Shown here piece by piece: positions 13,388 through 27,577 of a DNA stretch of 64,000 nucleotides (its first letter is position 1; every line of letters begins with the position of its first letter). Position numbers and translations under genes: made by a program. This stretch comes from Callorhinchus milii (lineage: Eukaryota). The notes under the pieces are model-generated. The model did not search any database, was not told the DNA's origin, and saw nothing but the letters and a program-made list of their open reading frames with translations. The stretch covers positions 113,214,001 to 113,278,000 of the forward strand of contig NW_024704742.1 of NCBI RefSeq assembly GCF_018977255.1. Direction: 5' to 3'.

Positions 13388-14231
13388 GTAAGTTCAAGCA
13401 CAGACCACAGCAACACCTCTCTTCTGCATGTCTATCTCTCTGAAAACCTAGCAATTACGGAATGTTTGCCTTCATGAATCTGTGGCTGGCGGATAATGTC
13501 TAACCAGTGTTACTTGTGCACTTGCTATACTTTTGTTACCTTACCCTGTGTCGTCAGTTTTTCTTGATGTTTGTGTTTACTGGTGGTCCCAAGGCAATGG
13601 CCGTACACTGACCCAATGCACAGAATAATAACTGTGTGGAATGAAAAGTTTGAAAATAAATGTAGAATGCTGGAGGTTTGTAGTACATCAATCAGGATTA
13701 ACATAGGTTAGCGTTCCAGACATGGGCCTTGATCAGAACTGAAGTGGAGGAGGGGGCAGCTCCTGTGTAGAATCCTGTATGTAACAACATATACAGGATT
13801 GAAACTCCTAAGAAACCACATTCAGGAGATTTGAAACTCCTGTTTAATCATGTGGATCAAAATTCCATTCAGTTTAATACACATCAACTGACATCGGCCA
13901 GGAAAGGGATTTCCCAATATAGTTGCTTAGCTAAATGCCAAATGTATTTTTGATCCCATGAGTTTTAATAAAAAGAGGCGGGGAGAAACCTAGCTAAGAG
14001 GTAAGAACCTGGAGGAATCAGGCAGATGACCCAAGGGAATACCAGCATTTCTGTGTTTATTTCAGATTTCAAGCATTCACTATTTGTTATTTATTTCAAT
14101 TTGAGTCCTACATTTAATTGACAGGTTTCCCTGTGTAATGTGTTTCAAGGATAAATTGCACTACATGTGGTGATATCATCCTGCTAAAATAATTGTTGGT
14201 ATTTTAATATCCTCCAATTAATGACCAGCCA

Positions 14232-14665
14232 GCAACATGGACCAGGGGAGACTAGACAACACTATAGACTAAGGAGAGACTAAACAAGACCACAGATCAT
14301 GATAGACTACAAAGATTTGCAAAGAATGTATACCATGGCAACAGTTCATTCATCTTAACAGTGCCAGTGTTTATACTCCACGAGTCTCCACCCTTCTACT
14401 CTGCTTCATGTGAACTTCTAGTTTCCTCTTTAATGATCTGTACTACCACCACTTCAGGCAGTGGGTTCCACAATATTAAATCTTACTCTTTGCTTTTGGT
14501 TTCCTAACCATTCTTCGATCCATTCTGCTATATCTCCCACAATTCCATATGACTTGATTTTAGTCATGAGACAACACCATGGACAGAGAGAGATTAAACA
14601 ACAACATGGACCAGGGATACGAGACAGTACCACAGACCAGGGAGAGACTAGATGCACATAGATCA
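14232..14665 (+). repeat. Degenerate ~27-bp minisatellite in two blocks (~14232-14315, ~14570-14665)
   Basis: Recurring caacaccatggaccagggagagactaga-like units. Confidence 0.55.
14470..14570 (-). mobile_element. CR1 reverse transcriptase fragment
   Basis: Translation LMTKIKSYGIVGDIAEWIEEWLGNQKQRVRFN resembles CR1 RT. Confidence 0.75.
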
Positions 14666-17600
14666 GCAAGCTATTAAATGGATTCAATAGTCCACGCAGT
14701 TTTAGTGAAAAAACACATTAAACTGAACTATTGTAACAAAGCACCTACAATCTCTGGATAAAGACAATGCTCCAATGGCTAAAGTAAGCCTCTTTTGATA
14801 TTTCCTGTCTTGCCTGTGCAACTTAATGCTTAAACAGTCTCCGACCATATATTGATCATTCTCCCAAACCTGGGAATTGAACAGCATTTTGAATACTTTA
14901 ATCTAAAGGAGTAGAATTTGCATTATATTTTGAAAGTTTATCAAAATTCCCAATATTTAGGGTAATTCTTAGTGTTCCTTAGCGAAAATCAGGATTATTG
15001 CAATTTCTCCTCCCTAGAAAGTTAAAACGGCCATGATTTTTATCAGCACACAAAACAAACTAGTGGCTGCTTTAACATTATGGAAACTAAGAGAGAAGTT
15101 AATGTTTGAAATCCGTCATGATTTCTGTTTCCCAGTGGTATCGTTTTACCTTGTGAACATTGTAAAATATTTATTTTCACAAGCATCAGAGGTTACGAAT
15201 ACATCCTATTCCCAGATCTTTTACAGTTTTGCTCCATAACAGTTCTGGAAGTTGCACAAGAGTAACTTGGTTCTCACTTTTGTTCCTCTTAAAAAGAAAC
15301 CTATAAAATAAAATTAAAATGCCATTAATCTAACACATTAAATTGAAGTAGAGATTACATAATGGGATCATACAACCTGTGTGCCTAGTCTATGTGAACG
15401 CCAGTATTTTGTTTTATTGTGGCCTCCAATAGCAATGCCGTTTCTTTTCTTCCTCCCATCCTATGTCATTTGTGCATTATAGTTACTTTCTTTGTGGAAA
15501 TAAATTCTGTGACACGAAGCTCTAAAATATCTTCTTTCCATGCAAATGCAGAACTTTCAGTAATTTGGTTTGGATATTCTTAAGATTGGTGTTGGGTTTC
15601 TGTGTGTGCCAGATACCCGACTGACCAAAATTTGTTTTTGTACTTATGACACAATGAAATAATAACTAGAATGTTCAGTAGTTTCCAATGTACAGTATAT
15701 TCTGCCCACCAATGTTTTTCATAAACTAGTTATTTTTCATTTATTATACAAAAGCATCGAAGCACCACCACCTTAAATGGGATGCAAGGGGCACACTGAG
15801 TTCTGAGATCAGAATCTTATAAAGTTAGCAGCTAATAGCCACGAATATACAGAAACAATGTGAGTTTATTGAAGCAATAAAAGATATTACAGTAATACAA
15901 TAATACATATAATAAAGCAATACTGTTTTACGGAGAAAGGTATGCAAGGTTGTGAAAAGACTGCAGAGCTCAAAGTCGAAAGCAGATCACCCACGTTGAG
16001 AATGTTTTGTTAAGAAGCCAAAAAGAGAGAAGATCCCAATGTATTCAATGTACACAGAAGAAAGGTGGGAATGTGATTTCAAGCAGGTTAGGAAGCCTGA
16101 GGCAAGATCCAAATATTACAAGTCAGTCAGCAGAGAGATTTGACTGAGCAAGACCAAACAGCACTTGTTTAAAGTGTAACAAGGGGTGCCAGGAACACCT
16201 TTGCCAACATGGTGGAGAGCCCACAAGTTTCATGGAAAGGATCTATGCCTAGAAGCCCTGCCCATCTGTATTAGCAAGTCCCGTTATGCATTTTTCAGAG
16301 CTCCTCTAAAACAAAATGCTGGAATATTTTACCAAGTGTCATGGGAAGTGTTTAAATACATTATTTTATCTTATTTTGATTGTCTTTGTGTTATTTTAAT
16401 CATTTGCAGAATTAATTGCTGATGATGAGCTTATGTATCAGTTGTATTAATTTGGACAGATATTTTATATATTACCATTTACACAGTATCATCAGGGTAT
16501 CTGGAAATCATTTAAGTTGATTTTTAAGAGATATCTAACTAGTTTGGGGACTGGTAATTTCTCAAAATCAACAATGAAAGACTGTTTAGAAAATTAAGTT
16601 TGCCCATTATCCTGTGAACTAAGAGGAAAGTCACCAAATCAACAGATTTGAGAGGGGGAAAATTACTTAGTGCCTTAGGTGAGAACCACATGACTTTCCC
16701 ATATATGATTCATCCAGTCTGTGGCTATCTTCTTAGGGAGGAAAGTTGTGTTCTTCACGCTCCCTATTCATGTCTTCAGTTGTGTAAATATAATATGAAC
16801 CCACACATGCAAGAGGAGATTTTTCTTGGAATGAAATGGAGTAGTTTTTCTCATCGGATTTGATACAATCTTGTCCTGCTTATTTCCTGAGATCTTTGCC
16901 AAGAATTAAAGTCCCCTTTGACTGTCTGAAACTTAACTGAAGCTGCATACATCATCATTCAAATGTTCCCAACTGTTCCAGGAACATTAGAGGTTTCAAT
17001 ATTTTGAGCAGCTGAGACAGCATCTGGTCATGTGATTAATTACGTCAAATTGAAATGAAAACTCTATCTCCCATATTCTTAGTGAGAGAATCTGATGAGA
17101 AGCAAAACGTAGGTCATTGAACCCACTCATCTTTGTTGAGCATTAGCAGATTCACATCTGCCAGGAAGAAGACATTCTACATAGTTTAGGTGATATTGAG
17201 GCAAGAAGTTGGGCCATAAACTGAAGATTTATGTACTTCATGGTGAGACAGTGCTGTGATGAGTTGGTCGCACAGATTCCTGAGATTGGGTAATAGAGCT
17301 TCCTGTATCGTTTATTATTTGGTAGATTGATTTCTTGGTTAAGCCAACCAGCATTTTTGCAGAGTATTTTCATGGGGAAACAAAGGACCGACTTATTCCC
17401 TGCTCATCAATCCAACAGAACTTTGATTTCAAAATCTAGGCATCCACTAGACTTCATCTTATCACTGTTATTTTCCCTGAGATCACTGACAAGCTGACCA
17501 CTGTTTGTTCCAGTTTTGAAAATGATTAAATAAGCTGGGCTGATCTAGTCATCTAGACATAATGGTAATTTACCTGCAAAACTATCTAATGGTGGTAAAC

Positions 17601-19857
17601 CTTTTGCTTGCCTTTAGAAGAAGTGATGGGATAAACAATCACAAGTGTCCAAATTTCTGAAGCCTGGAAGAAACATCATCTCTAATAGGAATATGGAAAC
17701 CCAGGAAAACAGGAGCCCATATAGTCATCAGGCCTGTTTCATCAGTTTATTAGATCTTGATATATCCTTTAAACATAACACCTCTTTATATCTCTATCTG
17801 TCTAACGCTATTAAACATCCAACTACGCTTCAAACCTTCATTTCAGTTCAGACCTTCATGATTTGCTGAATAAAGGTTTCTACCCTCTCTTTGAATCTAT
17901 TTATTCAAGTGATTTCAAAACTTAATCCTTAAAAAATGATCATTGTCACTGATCACAACCCATTGATGTTGTGGATGAGTTCTCAATATTTCTTGGCTCA
18001 CATTCAAGCTCTGTGTGATGATTTGAATTGAATGTATCCAATCAAGGCTTTGCTCCCCACAATGAAATGCTGATTCTTCCGTGTTTATCTCAAGAGCCTT
18101 TACTATGTTACTATGAAGGTCAATTAATCTATAAGAAAATCCTCTGTTGGTGTGTCAGGTAAATTTGTCCCAAAACAAAGTATAGCTTTGGTGGATGCTT
18201 AATAGAGAGATAGGCAGATATTTGGGTCATAGAGATATTAGATGGTATGGTGAAATGATAGAACATTGGGATTAAAAGATCTGCCAAGATCTCAAAAATA
18301 AACTGGTGAAACAGGCTCAATGGCTGAATGGTCTCCTACAGTTTCTGTTTTCTATGGAATTCCATTATGTTCATGTGGATGTGAAATTCTTTGCTTTCCT
18401 TCTTCAACCCCAGAAAGGTTGCATGACATTCTGATTCAGATAATGGAAACTGTGAAACTTTCCGATATGAAACACATTGTTAAATTTCATGGTCTAGTCT
18501 AGTTTGTTCTGATATTCTAATTTAATTAGTTGTACCATAATTGTTGACCTAGAATATAACCAAGGTCCATGTATAGATAGGACCTCCCCTACAATTGAGG
18601 CACCTGCCATTGAGTTTTGGCTTGAAGAGTTAGTCTCACAGGGTTGATGACATGACTACATTTCCCAGTCTTAATGATGAGCCAGGGTGGCTGGCCAAGC
18701 ATCAACAATGGTTTAAACTAGTGCAGAGCTATTTGAATTTGTTAGGCAAGTTTCCTCTAAATTAATTAACCCAAGGGAAAACTTGCTTGCTAAACTTGCT
18801 TGTTTCTTTTTATTCTCATTATATTTTTAAAAAATAATTGACTACTTGCATTTATATGTTAAAATAAACATCTCAAAGAGCTTTACTAAATATAGATGAT
18901 TAGAAATGTGAATCTTTTTATCCCGTGGAGAACCTATTATTTGCACTGATTGGGATTGCCCCATTGCAGATAGGCACACAAAATATAAATTACAGCACTG
19001 CTTAAGATGTTGTTCTATCGAGAGTTCTACTATCACTATAGTGCCACACCATGACTCCACTCTCTTCTCTGTAATTCTGCCTTTTTCTCTACATTTCTTT
19101 CTTTCTCATTCTGATCATAATCATAACATAATTTACCAAAGCACTGCATTGAGCAACACTTAGCTTGTAAGATTGCACTTTACAGGAGGTGAAGTTGCTT
19201 TTGAAATTGAAGTTCCTGTTTTGAAAAGTTTTTTTTATGTGATTGCTAAGAAATTCTGCTAAAAAAAAATCCTTAATAACTCTCTGCACATTTTGTGCAA
19301 CTTCACACAGAACATGATTTTTTTTGACAGTTCCCACTTGGAGCACCATGTGGATAAATGAACTTGCAGATAATTTTCATGTGGATAAGTGATGTTACTG
19401 TAGAGACAAACAGGGCAGATCATCTGTGCTAGCAACCCACCAAAAACAGTAATGAGATGGAGTCAATTCTTGATTTGGGGTCAATTTGGATTTGGATCAG
19501 GGAAAGAATATAGACAGGATAATGAGGGGAAGACTCCATGTTTCTTTGACGTTGACATGTCAGAAATGTACCTGAATCACAAGCAGACTGAATTGAAAAA
19601 CAAGGTAACCAGAGAACGGGATGAGCACTCGGAGATAAAGCATAACATTGTAAACAATATAGAATGTTATGTACATAAACTTGGCAACTACAATGGCTCT
19701 CAACATCACACAACCAACAAGTGAAATTAAAATGGAAGAGGAAAATGTAAAGAAAAGGAAAAAAGAGGGATAAATTAGTAAAGATAGGGAAAATATAAAA
19801 TGGAAGACAGAGAGCTGGTTGCTACAGAGATGCAGCATATAGTCACAAAATGGATAT

Positions 19858-20015
19858 TTTGGCTCAGTAATAGCACGCTCGAGTCAGAAAGTTGTGGTTT
19901 TGAACCACACACCAGGAATTGAAGCAATCTATCTTGGCACTACAATGCAGAACTGAGGCAGTGCTGTATTACTGGAGGTAACATTCATGGGGTGATAAGT
20001 TAAACTGGGACCTCT
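19858..20015 (+). mobile_element. Old Deu-type SINE 5' part
   Basis: ggctcagtaatagcacgctc..gagtcagaaagttgtgg...gtgctgtattactggaggt. Confidence 0.55.
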
Positions 20016-21622
20016 CCTGTTTATTCTTCTGGTTAACTCACCTAATCTCAATCAATGTTGACATGACTGTCATTTCAAAGTCTGGATTTAATTGTGCAGT
20101 TTGTTCTGCATTTCATTAACAATTTGTAAAAACTGGATCATGCTGCAACAAAGGCTATCCATTCTGATGATTTTAGTTCAGTGGAAAATACCTGAGGCTC
20201 GTTGCAGCATCTTACTGAATTAAACTGAATTTTTATTTTTATTAGCATGTCTGCTAGACTTAAACATGGTCAGAATATATTCATCTGTCATCATGTCAAT
20301 CGCTGCTCTAGAATTGTGGTTAATGTTTAGCAAATGGTTTGTTCTGTTACCATCTTGCTTGTTCTCTGTTGCTTTGTTACCTAGAGAGGTCTGGAGAGTT
20401 ACAAAAAAGACATGTGGTTCAGTTTGAATGCCCTAAAGAGCCATTTGTTTCCTCCTCTCTTTCCATCCCCACTAGTATGTAGAGAATAAAGTTGACAAGA
20501 AACCTAAAAATGTATGAAGCCCATCTCTCATCAATCCAATCATTATAATCCTGAAGTAATTCAAAAAGCTGGAATTGCTTTATGTAAAAATGTATGTATG
20601 CAGCTTAAAATCAAATGAATTTAACTGTGCGAGTTTGTTTATCTATATATATTATATATTTGCATAAATAATCAGGAAAAAGAATTGTAATGGAAATTTA
20701 GACTGTTTTTGTTTGAATTTATTTAATAAAGAAAACAGTTATTCATGGAGGAAAAGTGTTCAAATACCATAAAGGGAGATACAAAAAGATTACTGTGTGC
20801 CTCAGTGAACCAACCAAGCTTCTAGTCTCTTTCAAACAATAAAAATGGATAACAAGAGTATGTTGTCTCTTATAGTGGTCATTATAATGTGCGAAAGCTG
20901 AAAGTAATATGAACATGTATTCAGAAATGTATGGATTTTTATGTTTATGGCTTGCGAAACATTCTTTAAGTAATTGGAAATGGACTTGCAGCTATCAGTG
21001 CACACACATGCACTCTCTCGATGGTAAATATGAAATCACAGTTTTCTCCAAACGAGTGAAAGATCATAGCCTGTGCACCCTGGGGCTTTTGAATTGTCTC
21101 TGGAGCCATAGAAAGTTTGGAAATTTGCTTGTAGCACTGCTGCTTCTCAAATCATTAGAAATGAGTGAAGCGAGTTTAAAGATGTAAAATTCAACTTCAT
21201 GTTATGATAATTTCATCTCAATAACTAAAAACAAACTTACTTGAAACCCAACATTTATAAGACTGCAATTCCTGTCACTTAGGTACTATTATTGAATAGC
21301 AGAGACACCATCCTGTGCTCTAAATAGTGGCAACCTTAGTGAATTTACTCTGAGAATATCAATGACTTAATTGGTTGAAAAGTTTAAACTAACATTGTAC
21401 TTGTACTATGGAGGAAACTGAACATTACTGATTTGACAATTAAGATAACTGGGATTACAATATGTATTATGTTTACTTAAAACCACTTCACATTGGAGGC
21501 ACCCAAAGATAATTGAGTGTTGCAGCCTCTCTGTGCATGAATACAGTACTAAAATTGACAGCTCTACAGTGTATTGATGTGTTTTCTAAACGTTTTAATG
21601 GCTCTCTATTTAATACCAGCAG

Positions 21623-21652
21623 CAGCGGATGGAGAAGAGTTCACTTCAGCAG
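21623..21652 (+). CDS. EDIL3: EDIL3 30-nt linker microexon (exon 3)
   Basis: Encodes AADGEEFTSA(G), versus human ASDEEEPTSAG between EGF1 and EGF2. cAG acceptor (alternatives start at 21620 and 21626), G|GTGGGG donor, phase 1-1. Confidence 0.88.
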
Positions 21653-22812
21653 GTGGGGTATTGCTGTCTGCTGAATGCACAGTGGTCCATCTCATTTCAG
21701 TATGCATGCTACTTGCTCCTAGTTCATCATGCATGAACCGTTCTGCTCAAGTGTTCATTAATTCATTGTTGATTGTTGCTAGTCAAGGCAGTCCAACTGA
21801 TGAAGCAAGATATCCTCTCTAGGTATTAATGACAAGTGGTGCCAAGCCAGTTCTGAGCTGTCCAGTATACAGTAATGTATTTTGGAAGATGTAAGCTATT
21901 GCCCATTCACAAGCACAACAGATGAACCAGTTTTTTTTGAGGGGTGGGGGAACTAGCAATGCAAGTACTGTTAGATAAGCAAAACTCAGGACAAATGTTC
22001 AAAAGTTTTGCTTGAATTGTCATTCATTCAGGAATTGTTAAAGTAGTCACGTGTGTCTGCATGCTGCACGTGTTACTGTGGATGTGCATGTAACTGTATT
22101 TTGTTCTGATCTTGCCTCTTTCAAAAAAATAACTATTTTAAATATTCTGGTATGTGTCCACGTTGCTATGGTTACAATTTTGCACTGATTTGAAATCTGT
22201 TCAGGTTGATGAGATTGATGGTGAACCCTTTGGTAGAATCCAGCCCCAGAGGCAAGTTGCAGAGCACAATGGAGTCAGTCAGTTTCAGCTCTTCCCTCTT
22301 CCGTTTGTTGGCTTACCCCATATCCTTTGAGCCTTTGGTGTATTACACGGGTCTTTTGTGCAGGAAACTCTAGGAAATAGGCCCAACAATTCGTATATAT
22401 GTTAGAAATCAAGTCCATGACTGCAGTGGCCTGATTTAACACAAAGCTGTACAGAACCGGATCACTTACCTGTGCCAAATTAGCTGATCTAAGCCGTAGG
22501 AACCGTAGGAGTACTGTAGGTGGGAGAAACAATCATAGATTCCAATTTGATCTATGTCTGGTGAACCCTATTGGAAAGTACATGAGTGTGGACATTGGGT
22601 CCTACTAGATCTGGGTTCAGCTGTGATGCGTTCCATACTACTATTCACTGGGCAGGTTCACAGATGAATAATGACCTCTTGGACATTGTGGGGAAGCTGA
22701 CAGTGTGTATAGATCTGTTCTCAGCTAAGAGTGAGTGCACTCAGAACTGTGGGAAGAAAGCAAAAGTGCAAAAATATGTTTAGTGTGTTTGTTTGTGGAG
22801 TGTGTTTGTTTG

Positions 22813-23121
22813 TGGAGTGGTTAGAGCACTCACCTTGCAAGCGAGACACCTGGGTTCAATTCCAGGCAGAGCGAAACCTTGGGCAAGTTTCCTTACTCCA
22901 CACGCTTAATAATAATCCCCCCAAAACAAAATAATAAAAAATTGGTTATTTTCAATCCACGACTGTTTATGGGACACTGCTGTGCACAATTGGCTGCTAT
23001 GTTTCGCCTACAAATTTATAGTCAATTCACTTTACAGCATATTCTGTGAAGCGCTTTGAGACGTCTAGAAGATGTGAAATGTGCTATATCAAATGCAAGG
23101 ATTATTATTATTATTATTATT
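22813..23121 (+). mobile_element. tRNA-derived SINE, short form, small 5' deletion
   Basis: Aligns by eye to the 27578 copy; (ATT)n tail. Confidence 0.9.
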
Positions 23122-23439
23122 GTTGTTCATGGAAAAAGTTTGAGAATTAGCAGCAAGCTTTTAACAGAACATTGAGATAATAGAGAAAAGCCTCTTTTCA
23201 CTGATGCCTGCAAACTATTTAACATTCAGTGCAAATAAATTCAAATATATATTTTGTTTGCCCACAGTATTCAAGAGAAGATGGTTAATAGGGCTCTATT
23301 AGAGAACATTAAGTAACTAATATTGTGACTCATGAAATGATATGCTGGGGGATTTGATGTGATAGTCCGATGTAACAAATTAAATACTGTTTGATGGTAT
23401 ATCATTCATTCGAAAACATTTTCACTACACTTATACAAT

Positions 23440-24780
23440 ACAAAATTATATTTGTAAAGCACCTTTCACGTCTGGAGGATGTCCCGAGGTCCTGAACAGT
23501 CAGGGATTAGGACCCAACAACAACAAAATTACATTTATAAAGTGACTTTCATGTCGAGGAGGCAGGGTGGGGGGGGGGGGGGACAGGGAGGGTGGAAGGC
23601 AATGAGGGTAAGAGGGTGGCCAAAGGCACAGTCGAAGAGGAGGGTCTTAAGTTGTGCCTTGAAGGAGGCAAAATTGAGGCAAAGGGAATGTGGGATGGAA
23701 TTCCAAAAGGATGGGGGTACATGGAGCAAGCCGGAGCCTGCTGAGTGGAGGGAGTGGACAGTTTGATAAGGTCGTAGAGGTAGGAGGGGCAAGGTGAGGG
23801 CGAGAATTTTGAACTCGATCCTCTGAGGGATGGGGAACCAGTGGTGTCGGATGAGGACACGGGCTGCAGAGTTCTGGATGATCTGCAGTTTGTGGAGGGA
23901 AGAGTTGGGAAGGCTGACAAGCAGGGCATTGGCATAGTTGAGCCTAGTTGTAATGAAGGCATGTATGAGGGTTTCGGCAGCCTGAGGGGTGAGGCAGTGG
24001 CGGAGTCGGGCAATGTTGCCGAGGTAGGGAAGGCAAAGCAGGTCATGACACCATGTGGGGTAGAAAGGACAGTTGAGGGTCAAACAAGACGCCTGGGTTC
24101 CTGACTGGCTTGGTGAGGTGGAGTGTACATCCATTGATGTTACCAGTGCCTGAGGTGTGGAGGGGCTGATACGAGCCAATCAGGAGAGCGTCGGTCTTGC
24201 TGACGTTCAACTGTAGAAAGTTAGCTCTCATCCAGGACTTGATGTCTGACAGGCTGTCTGTCCCATGATTGTGGATGATGTAACCAAGAGGAAGCATGTA
24301 CAGGTTGAAGAGGAGAGGACCGAGGACAGAGCCCTGAGCAACACCGCATGAGACGGTGCGGTGACTGGTGAAGAAGCCCTTTGTGGAGACAAAATGGAGC
24401 TGGTGTGAGAGATAGGATCTGAACTATTCAAGGACAGAACCTTGAAGGTTCAGTTGAGAGTAGAGGCGGTGGAGTAGGATAGAGTGGTCCACAGTGTGAA
24501 AGGTTGAGGAGGACAAGGAGACAGAGGGAGTCCTGCTCACAGATGGACAGAATGTGATTTGTCACCTTGACCAGGGTTGTTTCCATGCTGTGGAGGAGTT
24601 CATAAAGGAAGTAGCAGGAGAGGAAGGAGTGAAGCTGGAGAGCAACAACTCTTTCAAGGACCTTGGAAAGGAAAGGGAGGTTGGAGATGGGATGGTAGTT
24701 AGTGAGCAGGGATGGGTCCAGGGAAGATTTTTTTTAGGATAGGGGTGATAGCTGTTTTTAGGGAGGTGGGAACGGTGCCA
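23440..24780 (-). mobile_element. L2 LINE, 5' truncated and decayed (RT domain to 3' tail)
   Basis: Frameshifted pieces MLPLGYIIHNHG..LSDIKSWMRANFLQLNVSKTDALLIG and AETLIHAFITTRLNYANALL..LQIIQNSAARVL..HWFPIPQRIEFKIL; two partial tails at 23440-23560. Confidence 0.9.
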
Positions 24781-27577
24781 GTATTATTAATATAATAATA
24801 ATATAATCATTATTATAATAATAATCCTTGCATTTGGTATAGTGCCTTATCACGTCGTTGAGATCTCTCAAAGTGCTTCAAAGAAAATACTGTAAGGTGA
24901 ATTGACTGTATTTTGTGGGCAAAACAATACATTTTGATTACCTCCTCACAACCAGTCTCTCCACTTCCCTTTTGGCCATCACCTCCCCACTCCCTCTCCC
25001 TCCCCCCTGCCTCTCCTGTCTTTATCTCTGTTCAGGCTTCCGCTCAGTCTTTGCATTAAAGTGCTTTGAGACATTCACTCTGAAGGCTTTCGGTTTCCAT
25101 TGTGCGTTGGAGGCTTGACATGTTTCGGATGCTATTGGGAAAGTAACAATTAAAGTCATGATAAATTCAATTTAATATGGCTATGCCGAGCTTTCCTAAA
25201 GTTAAGTGGCCTGCACATATGCCACGCAAAAGACATTAATAAGAATTGTCATGCGCGGACTGAATAATGGAGCAAAAGCAGTACAAAGGTAATCACAATG
25301 GAATTTTATTCGGTTGTGACTGACAACAATCATGGAAACGAGACAGAGGATGACTTTGAAGTTGGAGAAAATCTTGCTTATTTCAGGAAAACAATATTTA
25401 GGAAAACTAAGTGATCTGCCTTATATTGCCTGCAGATATCCAAGAGGGTTTATAATAATTCTTCTGTTGGAAAGCTAATAAATGTCATTTTATGTCAGCT
25501 GATATGTTAAATTGAGAAATTAATGGGGGATATCTATTATAAAACAGTTTCCAAATTAAGACTGAATTATAGTAATATATAAATACTAATATAAAAAATA
25601 AATATATTATTATTATTATATTATTATTATAACTGAATTTTTTTCCACAGTTCTGCATGATTTTAGTATTTAATGTAATGGTCGAAAGAATAAGACCATG
25701 AAGGATTCTGGGTCTCTATTAGTCTAGTTGTGTACTTAAAAGTGGGAGTAATTGTATTGGCAATTTTAGATAAACAATACAAAGTGGATAGTGAATGCTA
25801 ATTCACAAAAATTCGATCTTCATTTACATAGCTGTAATTGGGACACTTCAGAAGTGTAATCCTATTACCCTCTTCAAATAAATGCTTTCTGCAAGATACA
25901 ACAACAGAATACAGTATTCTACTTAGCTACCAAGATGCAAAATACACTAAATACTCTATAATAGTGAATAATGGTTTGTTGTACTGTATTTGTAACTTGA
26001 TTAAAAAGAAGTAAATTTGTTTTAATGGGTTTCTCTCTCAGACCTACAATAACCAGAACAACACAAATCGGCAAAATTCAAAAATCATTTTCATTTAAAA
26101 CGAATGGTGAACTGTTACATTTGTCAATAAAGCCTTGTGTAGAGAAAATGCATATTCATAGAAAATTGATTTCTGAATTTGGAAATGATTAATTTGTTAA
26201 CAATTTTATAAATATTATTTTTAATAGCAAGAAACAAAAACTTGGATTTAAAATAATTTTTCATCTGCTGTTCATTTCCTCACTCCCTTCATCTCGTCAA
26301 TAGCAGCCAAGCCTAACTGAGTTAGTGCCGTTTGGATCTCTCTTCCAAAACTTCTGAAAGGCTTTCTCACTTCATGCCTTCAAAACTCTCATAAAAACTA
26401 GGCTTCCTAACAACTGTGCTTTTGATCAAAATTCTTCATGCACCATGCTGAGTACCCTCTATTGTAATTCTTGAGCATTTGAGGCTTTCATTCTAAGTGA
26501 AAAGCAATTTACAACTGTAAATCATTGTTAAGAAGAATATAAAGATGCATGCCATAGTGAAATGCCATCACATTAAACCAGTAAATGCAGTCATTAACTG
26601 TAGTAGACAAAACCTTATTAGGCCTCAAATTTGACCAACTCTTCGACTTTGAGACTGCTCTGTCTTAACGTTTATGATTGTGAAGAACTGTGAAAAAATC
26701 TTAAATTAACTTAGTTTCTTTTGTGTCCACACAACAAAACTGCTCACAAACTGTCACTTGGGATCCAAGAGCATACAAAACATAAAAATTAACCCAAATG
26801 CTCTTGTGGGATTGGGCAAAAAGAAGTGATCTTTACTCTGGAAGTCTGACTCATTCGGTAACTAACTTTGGAGTGCTTGATGAAGATAGCGGGTGCTCAC
26901 AATCAATAAAAATAATCCATTCCCCATCACCGATGTTCCAAATATTAAGCACAAAACTCACATAATAAAAATATACTGGGCGTGTAACTTGACCGTTGCA
27001 TTTCTAGGCTTGAACCAACTGGTATGCAGGCAGTCACTAACTTCATATCCTGGCTAAACAAAACACACATTCTTAGACAGCCACAAGCATCTACAGTGGT
27101 TTACATCCAAATAGTATTTACTATGCAAACAGGAAATTGGATTTGTATGAAATTGACACCCATTTCATCCAGCAAGCTCCCAGACACGAAATTGGCACAA
27201 ATCAAAGACAAGCTTTTTTAAAAAAAATTCATAAATGTACTGTGTTAATAGTGGCAAATAGAAACCTGCCTTCAAAAATTCTTTCCCTGTTCATCACGTT
27301 AAATTAAACGGAAAGTTCTTAATCTACTTCTGGCATAAATCATGACCATCTCACAGAGTGGGTTGATTTGTTCACTTCACCAGCTCAAATTCAACTTGCT
27401 GAGCTCAGATGATCCCACCTGATTTCAGGATAAACAGGGTAACAGTCATTAACTCAGGCTTTCAGCTTCAATTGGGCATGTTAATTCAGTTTCTTCATGC
27501 TGTCAGGATCAGTAACTCCTCCAAGTTAGAATCCCTTATCTGTGAATGCTAATTTTTTTGAGAAGCATACAAGATAA

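Noticed and set aside
22400..22760. LF-SINE or other ancient SINE
   Set aside because: Only short patches (tgtggggaagct) resemble it; cannot be assigned without a profile search.
23535..24179. 214-aa ORF as a functional gene (also 32525, 53641, 56922, 57109)
   Set aside because: Truncated, frameshifted L2 ORF2 remnants; no intact element or YADD-type catalytic motif seen.
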